Below, in pieces: positions 40,111 to 50,041 of a stretch of DNA of 55,334 nucleotides. The position numbers were made by a program, and so were the translations under genes. Within the stretch, counting starts at the first letter, position 1. Each line of letters begins with the position of its first letter. The notes beneath the pieces were generated by a model that made no database searches, had not been told where the DNA came from, and worked only from the letters and a program-made list of their open reading frames with translations. The stretch lies in the sequence record SRR22947725_2388; one strand, given 5' to 3'.

Positions 40111-41937
40111 ATGAACCGATTGATCCTCTGCTGTTTCCTGCTGGTGACCTGCCTTCATGCCCAGCGCGATCCAACCCGTTTAACAGATGGTCCCATGCTG
40201 GGGGATGTGACTGCGAATTCCGTTCGCATATGGGGAAGGACTTCCGACCCCTCTGAATTTTTTGTCCACTATGGCACTGACAAAACATCAATGATACAGA
40301 TTTCAGAGGGTGTCATGACTTCCATTGCTCATGACAATACGGGCTCCATCATCCTGAATGGACTGCGGCCTGATACTCGTTACCACTACCAGTTATGGGT
40401 AAACGAGCGCCCTCACGGTGAGTCGGGAACTTTCAAAACACTCCCGGATTCTGCTTCTCTTATTGACCCGGAACACAATCCTGAGGGTTTATTCAATTTC
40501 AAGTTTCAAATCGGTTCTTGCGCGAATCAAAACCCGCTTCATGGCATTGGTCATCAGACTCCCACCTACGAGACCTTGAATCGTGATTGGAGTCATCGCG
40601 TTGATTTCCATATTATGAACGGAGATTGGCTTTATGAGGAGCTCCGGGATTACCCTCTTGAGGCCTGGCGATTGGTGCAGGATGTTGCTCTGAATGCCGT
40701 GCCTGACCCCCTTCAATGGATGCCAACAGTCGTTGGGGTCTGGGAGAATTACAAGCTGTACTTGCGGCGCAGCCATGACCTGTCCGACTGGCATCGAAAC
40801 GTGCCCAGCTATTTCACGTTTGACGATCATGAGCTGGTCAATGACATCTGGGGAACGGGAACGGCAGGCAAAAGGCATCGACGTACGGTGTTCCGTGATA
40901 TCGGAACCTACGCCTGGTATGATTATCTTGGATGGGCCAACCCGACTGCTCATGATGCCGAACTTCATGTGGGACGGGGCAGTATGAAGGCAGGGAGTGA
41001 TCTATTAACGGATTCTACTGTTGATTTCACTCAAATGCGGCTCAACGAAATGCTGAATCTTCACGTCCATTGGGGTACTCCTGAAGCGGGTGTCAACGAC
41101 ATGAAATATGACAACGATGATGGTCATCCCAATGCTTACGTTTACGATATAGTGGAAGTTGTCGACGCCCACACGTTACGTTTGCATATGCCTGCCAAAA
41201 CGACGGATGTCGTGACCTATTCCGTTGGTCGCCGCAGCTATGGGAAATTTCAGGTGGGTAATTGCGAATTTTATTTGATTGATACACGCAGTGCTCGCGA
41301 CATGCATGATGTGACGGAACGCGACCGACCCGGTTTATCAATGCTTGGAGTAGCTCAGAAACGATGGTTGATCGACAGTATGCAGCAAAGCGATGCTTCC
41401 TTTTTCTTTTTCATTTCCTCGGTGCCATTCATGATTCCCCATAGTGGGGCAGGAGGTTTCGAATCCGATGCTGCCAACAAGGAAGAAGCCTGGACTGGTT
41501 TTTTTGATGAGCGCGAACAGTTGATTGAATTTTGGAAGGATCTTAACAAGCCCGTTTTTGTGATGACTGGAGATCTTCACAACAGTTTTGCCGTTAAGAT
41601 CACCGATAAAATATGGGAATTCTGTTGTGGTCCTCATAACAGCGTCAATCATGTACCGGCTTTGGATGAGAGTAATCGTCCCGCCACGGGACCCTTTAAA
41701 TTCGGTCCCAGAGCATGTGACATTCGATGGAGCAGTTACATTCTGCCCGACCTGCCGCGTTTGGAGCGCCTTTATCCACATTTCTGTATCGTACAAGTGA
41801 ACAATGTCTTCAACATGCCTCAAAAAATCGGAGATACTCGATGGGTTGCCTATCCACACCCTCAAATCATCTTTCAATATTACGATGGACGCACAGGGGA
41901 ATTGGCCTATGCAGAATCGATCAGCCCAAGGCCATGA
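40111..41937 (+). CDS. PhoD-like metallophosphatase with inserted domain
   Basis: 'GPMLGDVT', 'GSCA', 'NGDWLY', 'DDHE', 'IDTRS', 'MLGVAQKRWL', 'GDLH'. Sec-type signal peptide. Confidence 0.87.
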   Translation: MNRLILCCFLLVTCLHAQRDPTRLTDGPMLGDVTANSVRIWGRTSDPSEFFVHYGTDKTSMIQISEGVMTSIAHDNTGSIILNGLRPDTRYHYQLWVNERPHGESGTFKTLPDSASLIDPEHNPEGLFNFKFQIGSCANQNPLHGIGHQTPTYETLNRDWSHRVDFHIMNGDWLYEELRDYPLEAWRLVQDVALNAVPDPLQWMPTVVGVWENYKLYLRRSHDLSDWHRNVPSYFTFDDHELVNDIWGTGTAGKRHRRTVFRDIGTYAWYDYLGWANPTAHDAELHVGRGSMKAGSDLLTDSTVDFTQMRLNEMLNLHVHWGTPEAGVNDMKYDNDDGHPNAYVYDIVEVVDAHTLRLHMPAKTTDVVTYSVGRRSYGKFQVGNCEFYLIDTRSARDMHDVTERDRPGLSMLGVAQKRWLIDSMQQSDASFFFFISSVPFMIPHSGAGGFESDAANKEEAWTGFFDEREQLIEFWKDLNKPVFVMTGDLHNSFAVKITDKIWEFCCGPHNSVNHVPALDESNRPATGPFKFGPRACDIRWSSYILPDLPRLERLYPHFCIVQVNNVFNMPQKIGDTRWVAYPHPQIIFQYYDGRTGELAYAESISPRP

Positions 41938-42008
41938 CAGCTCATGCATCGAAATTTGGAAGACTGCAACATTGCACATCGAAAACTTAATTGCTAGCGT
42001 TTCGCGCC

Positions 42009-42974
42009 ATGAGGATTTTGTCGGGTATTCAACCTTCCGGTGCGCTTCATCTTGGAAACTATTTCGGGATGATGCGTCCTGCAATCGAATTGCAGAACCA
42101 GGGCGAGGCCTATTATTTTATCGCTAATTACCACTCCATGACCTCGTTGTTCGATGCTGAACAGCGAAGGCAGAACGTGCTGGATGTCGCATTGGATTTC
42201 CTCGCCTGTGGACTGGATCCCGAACGCTCAGTGTTCTTCAAACAATCGGATGTGCCGGAGCATACGGAGTTGACCTGGATGCTCACGACCTTGACCCCCA
42301 TGGGACTGCTTGAGCGGTGTCATAGTTACAAAGACAAATTAGCTCGCGGAATATCACCCAATCACGGGTTATTTGCTTACCCTGTTCTCATGGCCGCAGA
42401 TATTTTGATCTATGATTCCAAGGTGGTTCCGGTAGGTAAAGATCAGAAACAACATGTTGAAGTGACGCGTGACATTGCCATCAAATTCAACCAACAGTAT
42501 GGAGACACTTTTATCATTCCTGAGCCGCAGATTCGAGAGGACGTTGCTGTCGTTCCTGGCACGGATGGCCAGAAAATGAGTAAAAGCTATGGTAATACGA
42601 TAGAGATTTTCGGATCTGAAAAACCACTCAAAAAGAAGATCATGAGTCTGGTGATGGATAGCCGTGGTATGGATGAACCTAAACCGGATGCAGAAAAAAA
42701 TATCGCCGTTCAACTCTTGAAATTGGTGGCTGAACCGGAGCTGGCCCAGGATTGCGAGGATCAATTAAGGGCAGGGGGGTATGGTTACGGGCACTTGAAG
42801 AAAGCGCTTTTTGAAGCCTGTTGGAGTTATTTTGAGCCCATGCGGCAGAAGCGTGAAGAACTTGCCAAAAATATTGATTTTGTTCAGGAGGTGTTATCCA
42901 AAGGTGCAGAGCGTGCTCGGTCAGTGGCTTCTGCTGTGAACAATCGGGCAAAGAACGCCTGTGGTCTGGATTGA
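42009..42974 (+). CDS. trpS: Tryptophan--tRNA ligase
   Basis: 'SGIQPSG', HIGH-like 'HLGN', 'YPVLMAADIL', 'VPVGKDQKQH', 'KMSKS'. Confidence 0.98.
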   Translation: MRILSGIQPSGALHLGNYFGMMRPAIELQNQGEAYYFIANYHSMTSLFDAEQRRQNVLDVALDFLACGLDPERSVFFKQSDVPEHTELTWMLTTLTPMGLLERCHSYKDKLARGISPNHGLFAYPVLMAADILIYDSKVVPVGKDQKQHVEVTRDIAIKFNQQYGDTFIIPEPQIREDVAVVPGTDGQKMSKSYGNTIEIFGSEKPLKKKIMSLVMDSRGMDEPKPDAEKNIAVQLLKLVAEPELAQDCEDQLRAGGYGYGHLKKALFEACWSYFEPMRQKREELAKNIDFVQEVLSKGAERARSVASAVNNRAKNACGLD

Positions 42975-43231
42975 AGAGTGCGGCCTCTCTACCTGTGCCA
43001 CATATATCTTGAGATAGTTTTTTCGCGGACAGGATGACATGAGTTCGAAAGGATTATGCAAATGATCTCAGAAAAAAATCATATCTCGGTTTGTCCAGTC
43101 TGGCATGCTTATGTCATGGAATGATTCGCCCTCTTAGATCTTTTATCGAATCTGCATCTGCAGATCGGTTTATGATCTGAATGATATCCTTCTAGAAAAA
43201 GCCTCCAAATTTCTTTAAACAAATGCCGTTC

Positions 43232-44568
<1,337 letters not shown>

Positions 44569-44592
44569 GTTGGAATTTAAATATCTAACAAA

Positions 44593-44623
44593 AGACAAGG
44601 CGCGGTTCTTCCGCGCCTTGTCT
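44593..44623. terminator. Strong hairpin after eno
   Basis: Perfect 13-bp stem AGACAAGGCGCGG-ttctt-CCGCGCCTTGTCT. Confidence 0.75.
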
Positions 44624-44633
44624 CTGTACAGTG

Positions 44634-44679
44634 AAAAGCGCGTGATCGGAGCAACCCCTTGCTGATCACGCGCTTTTTT
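44634..44679. terminator. Bidirectional intrinsic terminator
   Basis: AAAAGCGCGTGATC..AGCAA-cccc-TTGCT-GATCACGCGCTTTTTT. Confidence 0.8.
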
Positions 44680-44707
44680 CAAACCGGAAGAAAGCCAGGC
44701 TTTCTTC

Positions 44708-46063
44708 TTAGGCCATCCAACCCGGTCTGTATTCGCGTTGGATGATGTCTGAAATATCCATATTTTTGGCCTGAAGTCGCGTGCTATCCCATTCGATGCG
44801 CCCCCCAGCCTTGAGAGCAGCGTTACCCAGAAGGATCGATTCTGTCATTTGTGAGGCATAATCGAAATTGGATAGGGCAGGTTTACCGCCACGCATTGCT
44901 TCTACCCATTCATTCTTCATGGCCTGATCACCTCCACCTATGCGGGGGATCCAGGCATCCGGTGCCTCATAGTCCTTGAAATCATCGCCGGGCAGCAGTT
45001 TCCAACTCGATCCGTAATCATTGGGTGAGTAAAGTATACCTTTGTCGCCTACAATAATTGAACCACTGTTGGTTGGTTTTTCACCGTGAAAAAGATCCAT
45101 GGGGGGAAGGTTCTTTTTTCCATCCGGGAATTTACCTTCATACCAGTAATAGCTCAGAGGAGGCATGGCACCTCGGGCACCAAATTCGGTTTTGGTGGTG
45201 GCCCATGCGGGAAAAGTTTCTTCATTGATCGGACCATGATCCAAGGCCTCAACGCTGAGAGGATGACCAAGATTGAGTGCCATGAAAGCCAGATTCGCTG
45301 TATGACAGCTCATGTCTCCGATAGCTCCAGTCCCAAAGTCCCACCAACCGCGCCACTTGAATGGATGGTAGGCATTGTGATAAGGGCGATCGGGAGCGAC
45401 TCCCAGAAATAGATGCCAGTCCACATGATTTGGAATCGCGGGGGTCTCGTTCGGACGTGCGGTAATGGAAGGAGCTTGTGGCCACACTGGGCGATTCGTC
45501 CATACATGAACCTCCCGGACGGCACCAATCGCACCTGATTGAATCACTTCTACTCCTCGGCGAAGACCATCAGAGGCGGTGCCCTGATTGCCCATTTGGG
45601 TGGCTACCTTGTATTGACGTGCAACCTGCCCCATGCGCCGAGCTTCATACACTGAATGCGTCAGGGGTTTTTGACAATAAACATGTTTGCCGAGGCTCAT
45701 GGCCAACAAACCCGCAGGAGCGTGCATGTGATCAGGAGTACTGATTGTTACCGCATCAATTTCGGTATGCATCTCCTCGAGCATCTTCCGAAAGTCCTTG
45801 TATTTTTTGGCTTTTGCAAATTTTCCACCCTTCGCATCCAGTTTTGTTAGATCAATATCACAAAGAGCGACAACATCACCCAAATTCCCTGCTTGGTCGA
45901 TATCTCCAGACCCCTTTCCACCCACACCAATACCGGCAAAAGCGATGCGGTCATTGGCTCCAAAAACGCGTTTTGGGAAAAAGTTGAAAGTGAACGCGGA
46001 TGCGGCAGCGGTCCCAATGAAGGACCGGCGAGAAACATAGGTCTTACTGAATTTATTGGCCAT
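44708..46063 (-). CDS. Gfo/Idh/MocA-family oxidoreductase, Tat-exported
   Basis: Tat SRRSFIG, 'GIGVGGKG', 'STPDHMH', 'HVYCQKP', 'WRGWWDFGTGAIGDM.CH'. Alternative start at 46072. Confidence 0.94.
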   Translation of the reverse strand: MANKFSKTYVSRRSFIGTAAASAFTFNFFPKRVFGANDRIAFAGIGVGGKGSGDIDQAGNLGDVVALCDIDLTKLDAKGGKFAKAKKYKDFRKMLEEMHTEIDAVTISTPDHMHAPAGLLAMSLGKHVYCQKPLTHSVYEARRMGQVARQYKVATQMGNQGTASDGLRRGVEVIQSGAIGAVREVHVWTNRPVWPQAPSITARPNETPAIPNHVDWHLFLGVAPDRPYHNAYHPFKWRGWWDFGTGAIGDMSCHTANLAFMALNLGHPLSVEALDHGPINEETFPAWATTKTEFGARGAMPPLSYYWYEGKFPDGKKNLPPMDLFHGEKPTNSGSIIVGDKGILYSPNDYGSSWKLLPGDDFKDYEAPDAWIPRIGGGDQAMKNEWVEAMRGGKPALSNFDYASQMTESILLGNAALKAGGRIEWDSTRLQAKNMDISDIIQREYRPGWMA

Positions 46064-46403
46064 GATATCCATGTAGTGAAAATTTGATTCAGGGTGTGAT
46101 TTCAAAGTAATCACTCCAAAAAACCAAAGCAAGACTTGATCTCTTCAAAGTGTCCTTAAAAATGGAAAGATCAGGCTGTGTCCTGATGCATTGGGTCAGG
46201 CATGAGGAGCGGCACTCTGAGAGTCATGCAGCGTTGTTGCGAGACGTCTATTTTGCAGGTAAAGGATAATAGATGAGTTTTGAATCCCTTCCCCCTCTCC
46301 AGCGTGGGTGATTCATGCAGGGCTTGTGTCAACTTCATTTGATTCAGGATTTGTCATTTTTCCAATTGCAGCAGGTAAGTAATCACGGGTAAACTGTTAA
46401 TCG

Positions 46404-47111
46404 ATGGTTATGAAGAAAACACTTGGACGTGGACTTTCCCAGCTGATGAAGGGGAACGAGACCAAGGGAACCGATGCCAAAACGGCTAAGGCCCTTGCGA
46501 GTCCGGTGGATGCAGCTGAAGCTCCCTTGTCCGGCGTTTCGAAACTGATGCAAGGTCATCACGAACCAGCTGAAGTCCAGCCTGCAGCTGATGGGGTATC
46601 CAACCCTTTTCAGCAAGACGCCCCTTCCAGGACGGTTTTTTCAGTGCGCCTTGTGCCTGACTGGATCTACTACCTGAGTGATGTTGTTTTGCTGTCAGCG
46701 GTTCTCTGGATGGTTATACTCAGCCCTACAGCACCTACGTGGGTCGAATGGACGACCAGTCTGTTGCTAACCGTCCTGGCTGGTTTGATAGGTGTTTATC
46801 CCTGGGCTCGCAACGTGCTGGGCAACGATTCGCCTGTTCAGTCAGGTGAAATACCTCAGTGGAGTCTGGCTTCGAAGACGCAGCCCAATGGAACCGAGAA
46901 GGTATATGTCATGCATCTCCACGAGCCTTATACCGCAGTCGAAATTACGGAAACCAGTTGGAGCGGTGTACAGCCCAGACCCATCTGGCTATCGGGTACC
47001 CCTGATATCTCACCTGAAGACATGAAGCGCTTGCTCATGGGGGCAGCCGATTTTTACAAAAAACATCAGACTGACAAATCGCACTCGAATTCCAACGTAA
47101 GTGCAGCTTGA
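46404..47111 (+). CDS. Hypothetical two-TM membrane protein with N-terminal ParB-like LGRGL peptide
   Basis: 235-aa ORF filling the intergenic space. Starts 'MKKTLGRGLSQLM', has a low-complexity linker, two hydrophobic helices (about aa 85-106 and 113-134) and a soluble C-terminal domain. Confidence 0.8.
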   Translation: MVMKKTLGRGLSQLMKGNETKGTDAKTAKALASPVDAAEAPLSGVSKLMQGHHEPAEVQPAADGVSNPFQQDAPSRTVFSVRLVPDWIYYLSDVVLLSAVLWMVILSPTAPTWVEWTTSLLLTVLAGLIGVYPWARNVLGNDSPVQSGEIPQWSLASKTQPNGTEKVYVMHLHEPYTAVEITETSWSGVQPRPIWLSGTPDISPEDMKRLLMGAADFYKKHQTDKSHSNSNVSAA

Positions 47112-47671
47112 GGCGTCCACTCGGATTGTCTGAAAAGAGGGACCGTGTCTCCCTGCGTCTCAAATTCTCATATTTTTAACCCGAACGGGTCGTCAGTAAG
47201 TTCGACGATACTGCAACCTCAAAGTTTCCTTCCTCAGATGATTGGGTAGTTGAATAATGAGGTAAGAAAAACTTTGGAGATGACTTTGTCTTTGTTGCTC
47301 CGGAGTTTCATGTTCCTTTGAATCATGGGTGAAATAACCCTTTCCACTGCAGTAATAGAACCTTTTTGAGGGCGTGTTATTTGTGACTGAGAACACTTTG
47401 TCGCTGCAAGCAATTCAACCCATGCAAGGCCGAGAGTTTGATAGGTCATTCACGGGATAATGATTTCAAATTGCCTGCTGTATTCGGATCATTGACGGTC
47501 TCTTTATTGCGATTGGCAGAGGCTTCAGCCTGCTGCTTCGCTTCTTTGATCGGATTGAATCTGAAGTCTCATTGGCGTTCCCTTTGAGTTGAGCTCCATT
47601 GATAAAGATGATCCCCAGTGTTTTCTGATAATTCTGCTCAGCGATTTTCAATTACCTCGTAGCATTAGATA

Positions 47672-48724
47672 TTACTTCATCACCCCATGTTCGATGGATT
47701 CCATTGTCTTATCTGATGGAGGTTTAAGGCTGGCTGCTCCCGCATACCACAAACCTAAAACGGTGGTTGGTAAAAAGAAAATCAAATGCATGACGAGAGC
47801 ATAGGCCAAGGCGACTTCTCGGGATGGATGCAGATTTAATACTGCAAATCCGAAAATCATACCCGCTTCATAAATACCCCAATAACCAGGAGCGGCAGGA
47901 ATCATGACTGCCAGCGATTCGATGACAACCAAGGCGATTGCTTGCATCAAGGTCATGGTGATACCATCGAAACCCCATCCCAGGGTCTGAGCCGCGATGG
48001 CATTGATGATCCAGGTCAGTACTGAATAAAAAGTTATCCATAAGAATCTTCGAGGTTGTTTGATTGCTTGGAAGCCCCGGACAATTCCTTCAAGGCCATC
48101 TTCGATGGATTGATGCATGCTTTCCGAAATGGGGATCTTGCGCACGAATTTCAATAGCTTGATTCGTACTTTTCGAAACATGAGTAATCCCAATCCGCAA
48201 ATCATGATACTTGATCCCACAACTACTTTTTGAATCAGTGGAGCCAACATGCTCCCTCTAATCACAAATCCCCCAAATTCGACCGACATCCCGGGGTCGA
48301 TTGGGGGGATGAATGCCATGGAAACAATAAACAAGGCAATGAGAGTGACTCCATCAAACACTCGTTCGGTGACAATGGTTCCGAAGGCGATGGGTACTCC
48401 TGTTTTTTGTTTTTTACCCACATAGATTGCCCTCATGAATTCTCCCATTCGACCCGATGGCAGTACGTTATTAAAAGCAAAACCTACCATGATTGGTTTG
48501 AATAGATGATTTGAGGCTACTGGTTTATCCTCAGGAAAGAGTAGCGACCAGCGAAGCGCACGCACATAGATACCGGCATAGAACACAATCACCGTCACGA
48601 GAAGCCAGAACGGATGTACTTCGCTCAGCGCCCTCCAGAGTGCTTTCCAGTCAAGGTTTTGAAATACCCAGATACAGCTGAGCAGAGACACCAAAAGCCC
48701 AAGATAGACAGCCAGCTTTTTCAT
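47672..48724 (-). CDS. UPF0104/LPG-synthase TM (AglD/flippase-like) membrane protein
   Basis: 'RALRW', 'GFAFNNVLPSGRMGEFMR', 'TERVFD', 'PAAPGYWGIYE'; multi-TM. ATGA overlap with the GT4 stop. Confidence 0.9.
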   Translation of the reverse strand: MKKLAVYLGLLVSLLSCIWVFQNLDWKALWRALSEVHPFWLLVTVIVFYAGIYVRALRWSLLFPEDKPVASNHLFKPIMVGFAFNNVLPSGRMGEFMRAIYVGKKQKTGVPIAFGTIVTERVFDGVTLIALFIVSMAFIPPIDPGMSVEFGGFVIRGSMLAPLIQKVVVGSSIMICGLGLLMFRKVRIKLLKFVRKIPISESMHQSIEDGLEGIVRGFQAIKQPRRFLWITFYSVLTWIINAIAAQTLGWGFDGITMTLMQAIALVVIESLAVMIPAAPGYWGIYEAGMIFGFAVLNLHPSREVALAYALVMHLIFFLPTTVLGLWYAGAASLKPPSDKTMESIEHGVMK

Positions 48725-49842
48725 GGTTCGGGTGATCCCTTCAGCGCCATGGATTCCAGCCAATCACAGGCCTTGGGGAGTATGGCATCCCAGTGAAATT
48801 GTTTGGCGCGGTTCCAGGCTTCGATCCTGTATTGCTGGTATCTCTCAGGTTTTTTGATCATGTACTGGATTTCATCAGCAAGTGATTCGGGAGTTTCCTT
48901 TTTCGAGACCCTTCCGGTGACATGATCAAGAGTGGATTCGGTCAGGCCAGCCACCGGATAGACCGCTGAAGGTGTTCCCATGGCATTTGCCTCAATAATA
49001 TTCAAGCCCCAGCCCTCACGCACTGAAGTATGCAATAGTATATGAGCTTCCTGAAGAGACTGATCCTTTTGCTTCTCATCCAAAAATCCAGCGAAGGTCA
49101 CACGCTCATTTAAACCAAGTTCACCCACGCATTGTTTGAGTTGAGGCATGGATTCGCCCGTTCCGATGATTTTGAGTACTGCATCGATTTGGCGGTCTTT
49201 GAGACAGCGTAGGGTCTGGATCGCATGGTCGATACGTTTGTTGGGGGCAAGCCTGGAAACGACGGCCAAGCGTAATGGAGCGCTCATCAGTTTTTCTGGA
49301 AGTGAAGGCAAGGCCTGCGTGTAGACTCCATAAGGAATACGTTTGACGTTCTGGATGCCCCGCGCATGCAGCATGTCTTCAGTTCCCTTGCACGCGGTCC
49401 AGAAAGGCGTTTGGCGATAGAGCCAATGCGTGAATTGCTCCTGGATTCTTCCGATTTGATCCAGTGGCCATCGATAAAATGAAGACCATATTGGTCCTAA
49501 AACCTCGTGTATGTAGGAAACGCATTGAGTTTGAGTCCACCAGGGAGCAAACCAGGGAATGCCATGATGTTGATCAATCACGAGATCGAATCGAGCTTGC
49601 GATTGAAACCAGCGATTGGCGGCCAGTATAGATGTTCCCATGCCGCCACGTCGTATAATGTGAATGCCGTTCAAGATAGATTCCTGTTCACAATCTGGGT
49701 ATGCGTTTGCAAACCACCAGACGTCATGGCCTTTTGATGAAAGTGCACTGAGATAAGCCAACGAAACCCTTTCTGCCCCGCCTGAAGCAGGGTTTTGCGG
49801 GTCACGCCAGTTGAGCATCAAAAATCTCAGTTGTCTCTCCAT
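48721..49842 (-). CDS. Glycosyltransferase family 4
   Basis: 'LNWRD...GGAE', 'SRLAPNKRID', 'SVREGWGLNIIEANAMGTP' (EX7E motif). Confidence 0.93.
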   Translation of the reverse strand: MERQLRFLMLNWRDPQNPASGGAERVSLAYLSALSSKGHDVWWFANAYPDCEQESILNGIHIIRRGGMGTSILAANRWFQSQARFDLVIDQHHGIPWFAPWWTQTQCVSYIHEVLGPIWSSFYRWPLDQIGRIQEQFTHWLYRQTPFWTACKGTEDMLHARGIQNVKRIPYGVYTQALPSLPEKLMSAPLRLAVVSRLAPNKRIDHAIQTLRCLKDRQIDAVLKIIGTGESMPQLKQCVGELGLNERVTFAGFLDEKQKDQSLQEAHILLHTSVREGWGLNIIEANAMGTPSAVYPVAGLTESTLDHVTGRVSKKETPESLADEIQYMIKKPERYQQYRIEAWNRAKQFHWDAILPKACDWLESMALKGSPEP

Positions 49843-50041
49843 ATTATAATAAAATCCGGTCAATAACTCACTTGAGGTCAAATCCATCCACGAGCCTGGT
49901 AGGGGCGCCGTATTCGCGATCATCACCATGGACGAGTGATTAATTTAACCCTTTACACCCCAAGGGCAAGATTACACTCTGATGCTCTTACACCGGACAA
50001 GCATTTCTCAGTTGAAAAGATCAAAGAAAGATTTGATATCA

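Noticed and set aside
41338-42084. 248-aa minus-strand ORF
   Set aside because: Antisense to the PhoD-like gene and trpS, with no motifs.
47112-47671. Convergent gap of about 560 nt with several 60-70 aa minus-strand ORFs
   Set aside because: I could not assemble a pseudogene, IS remnant or repeat from them.
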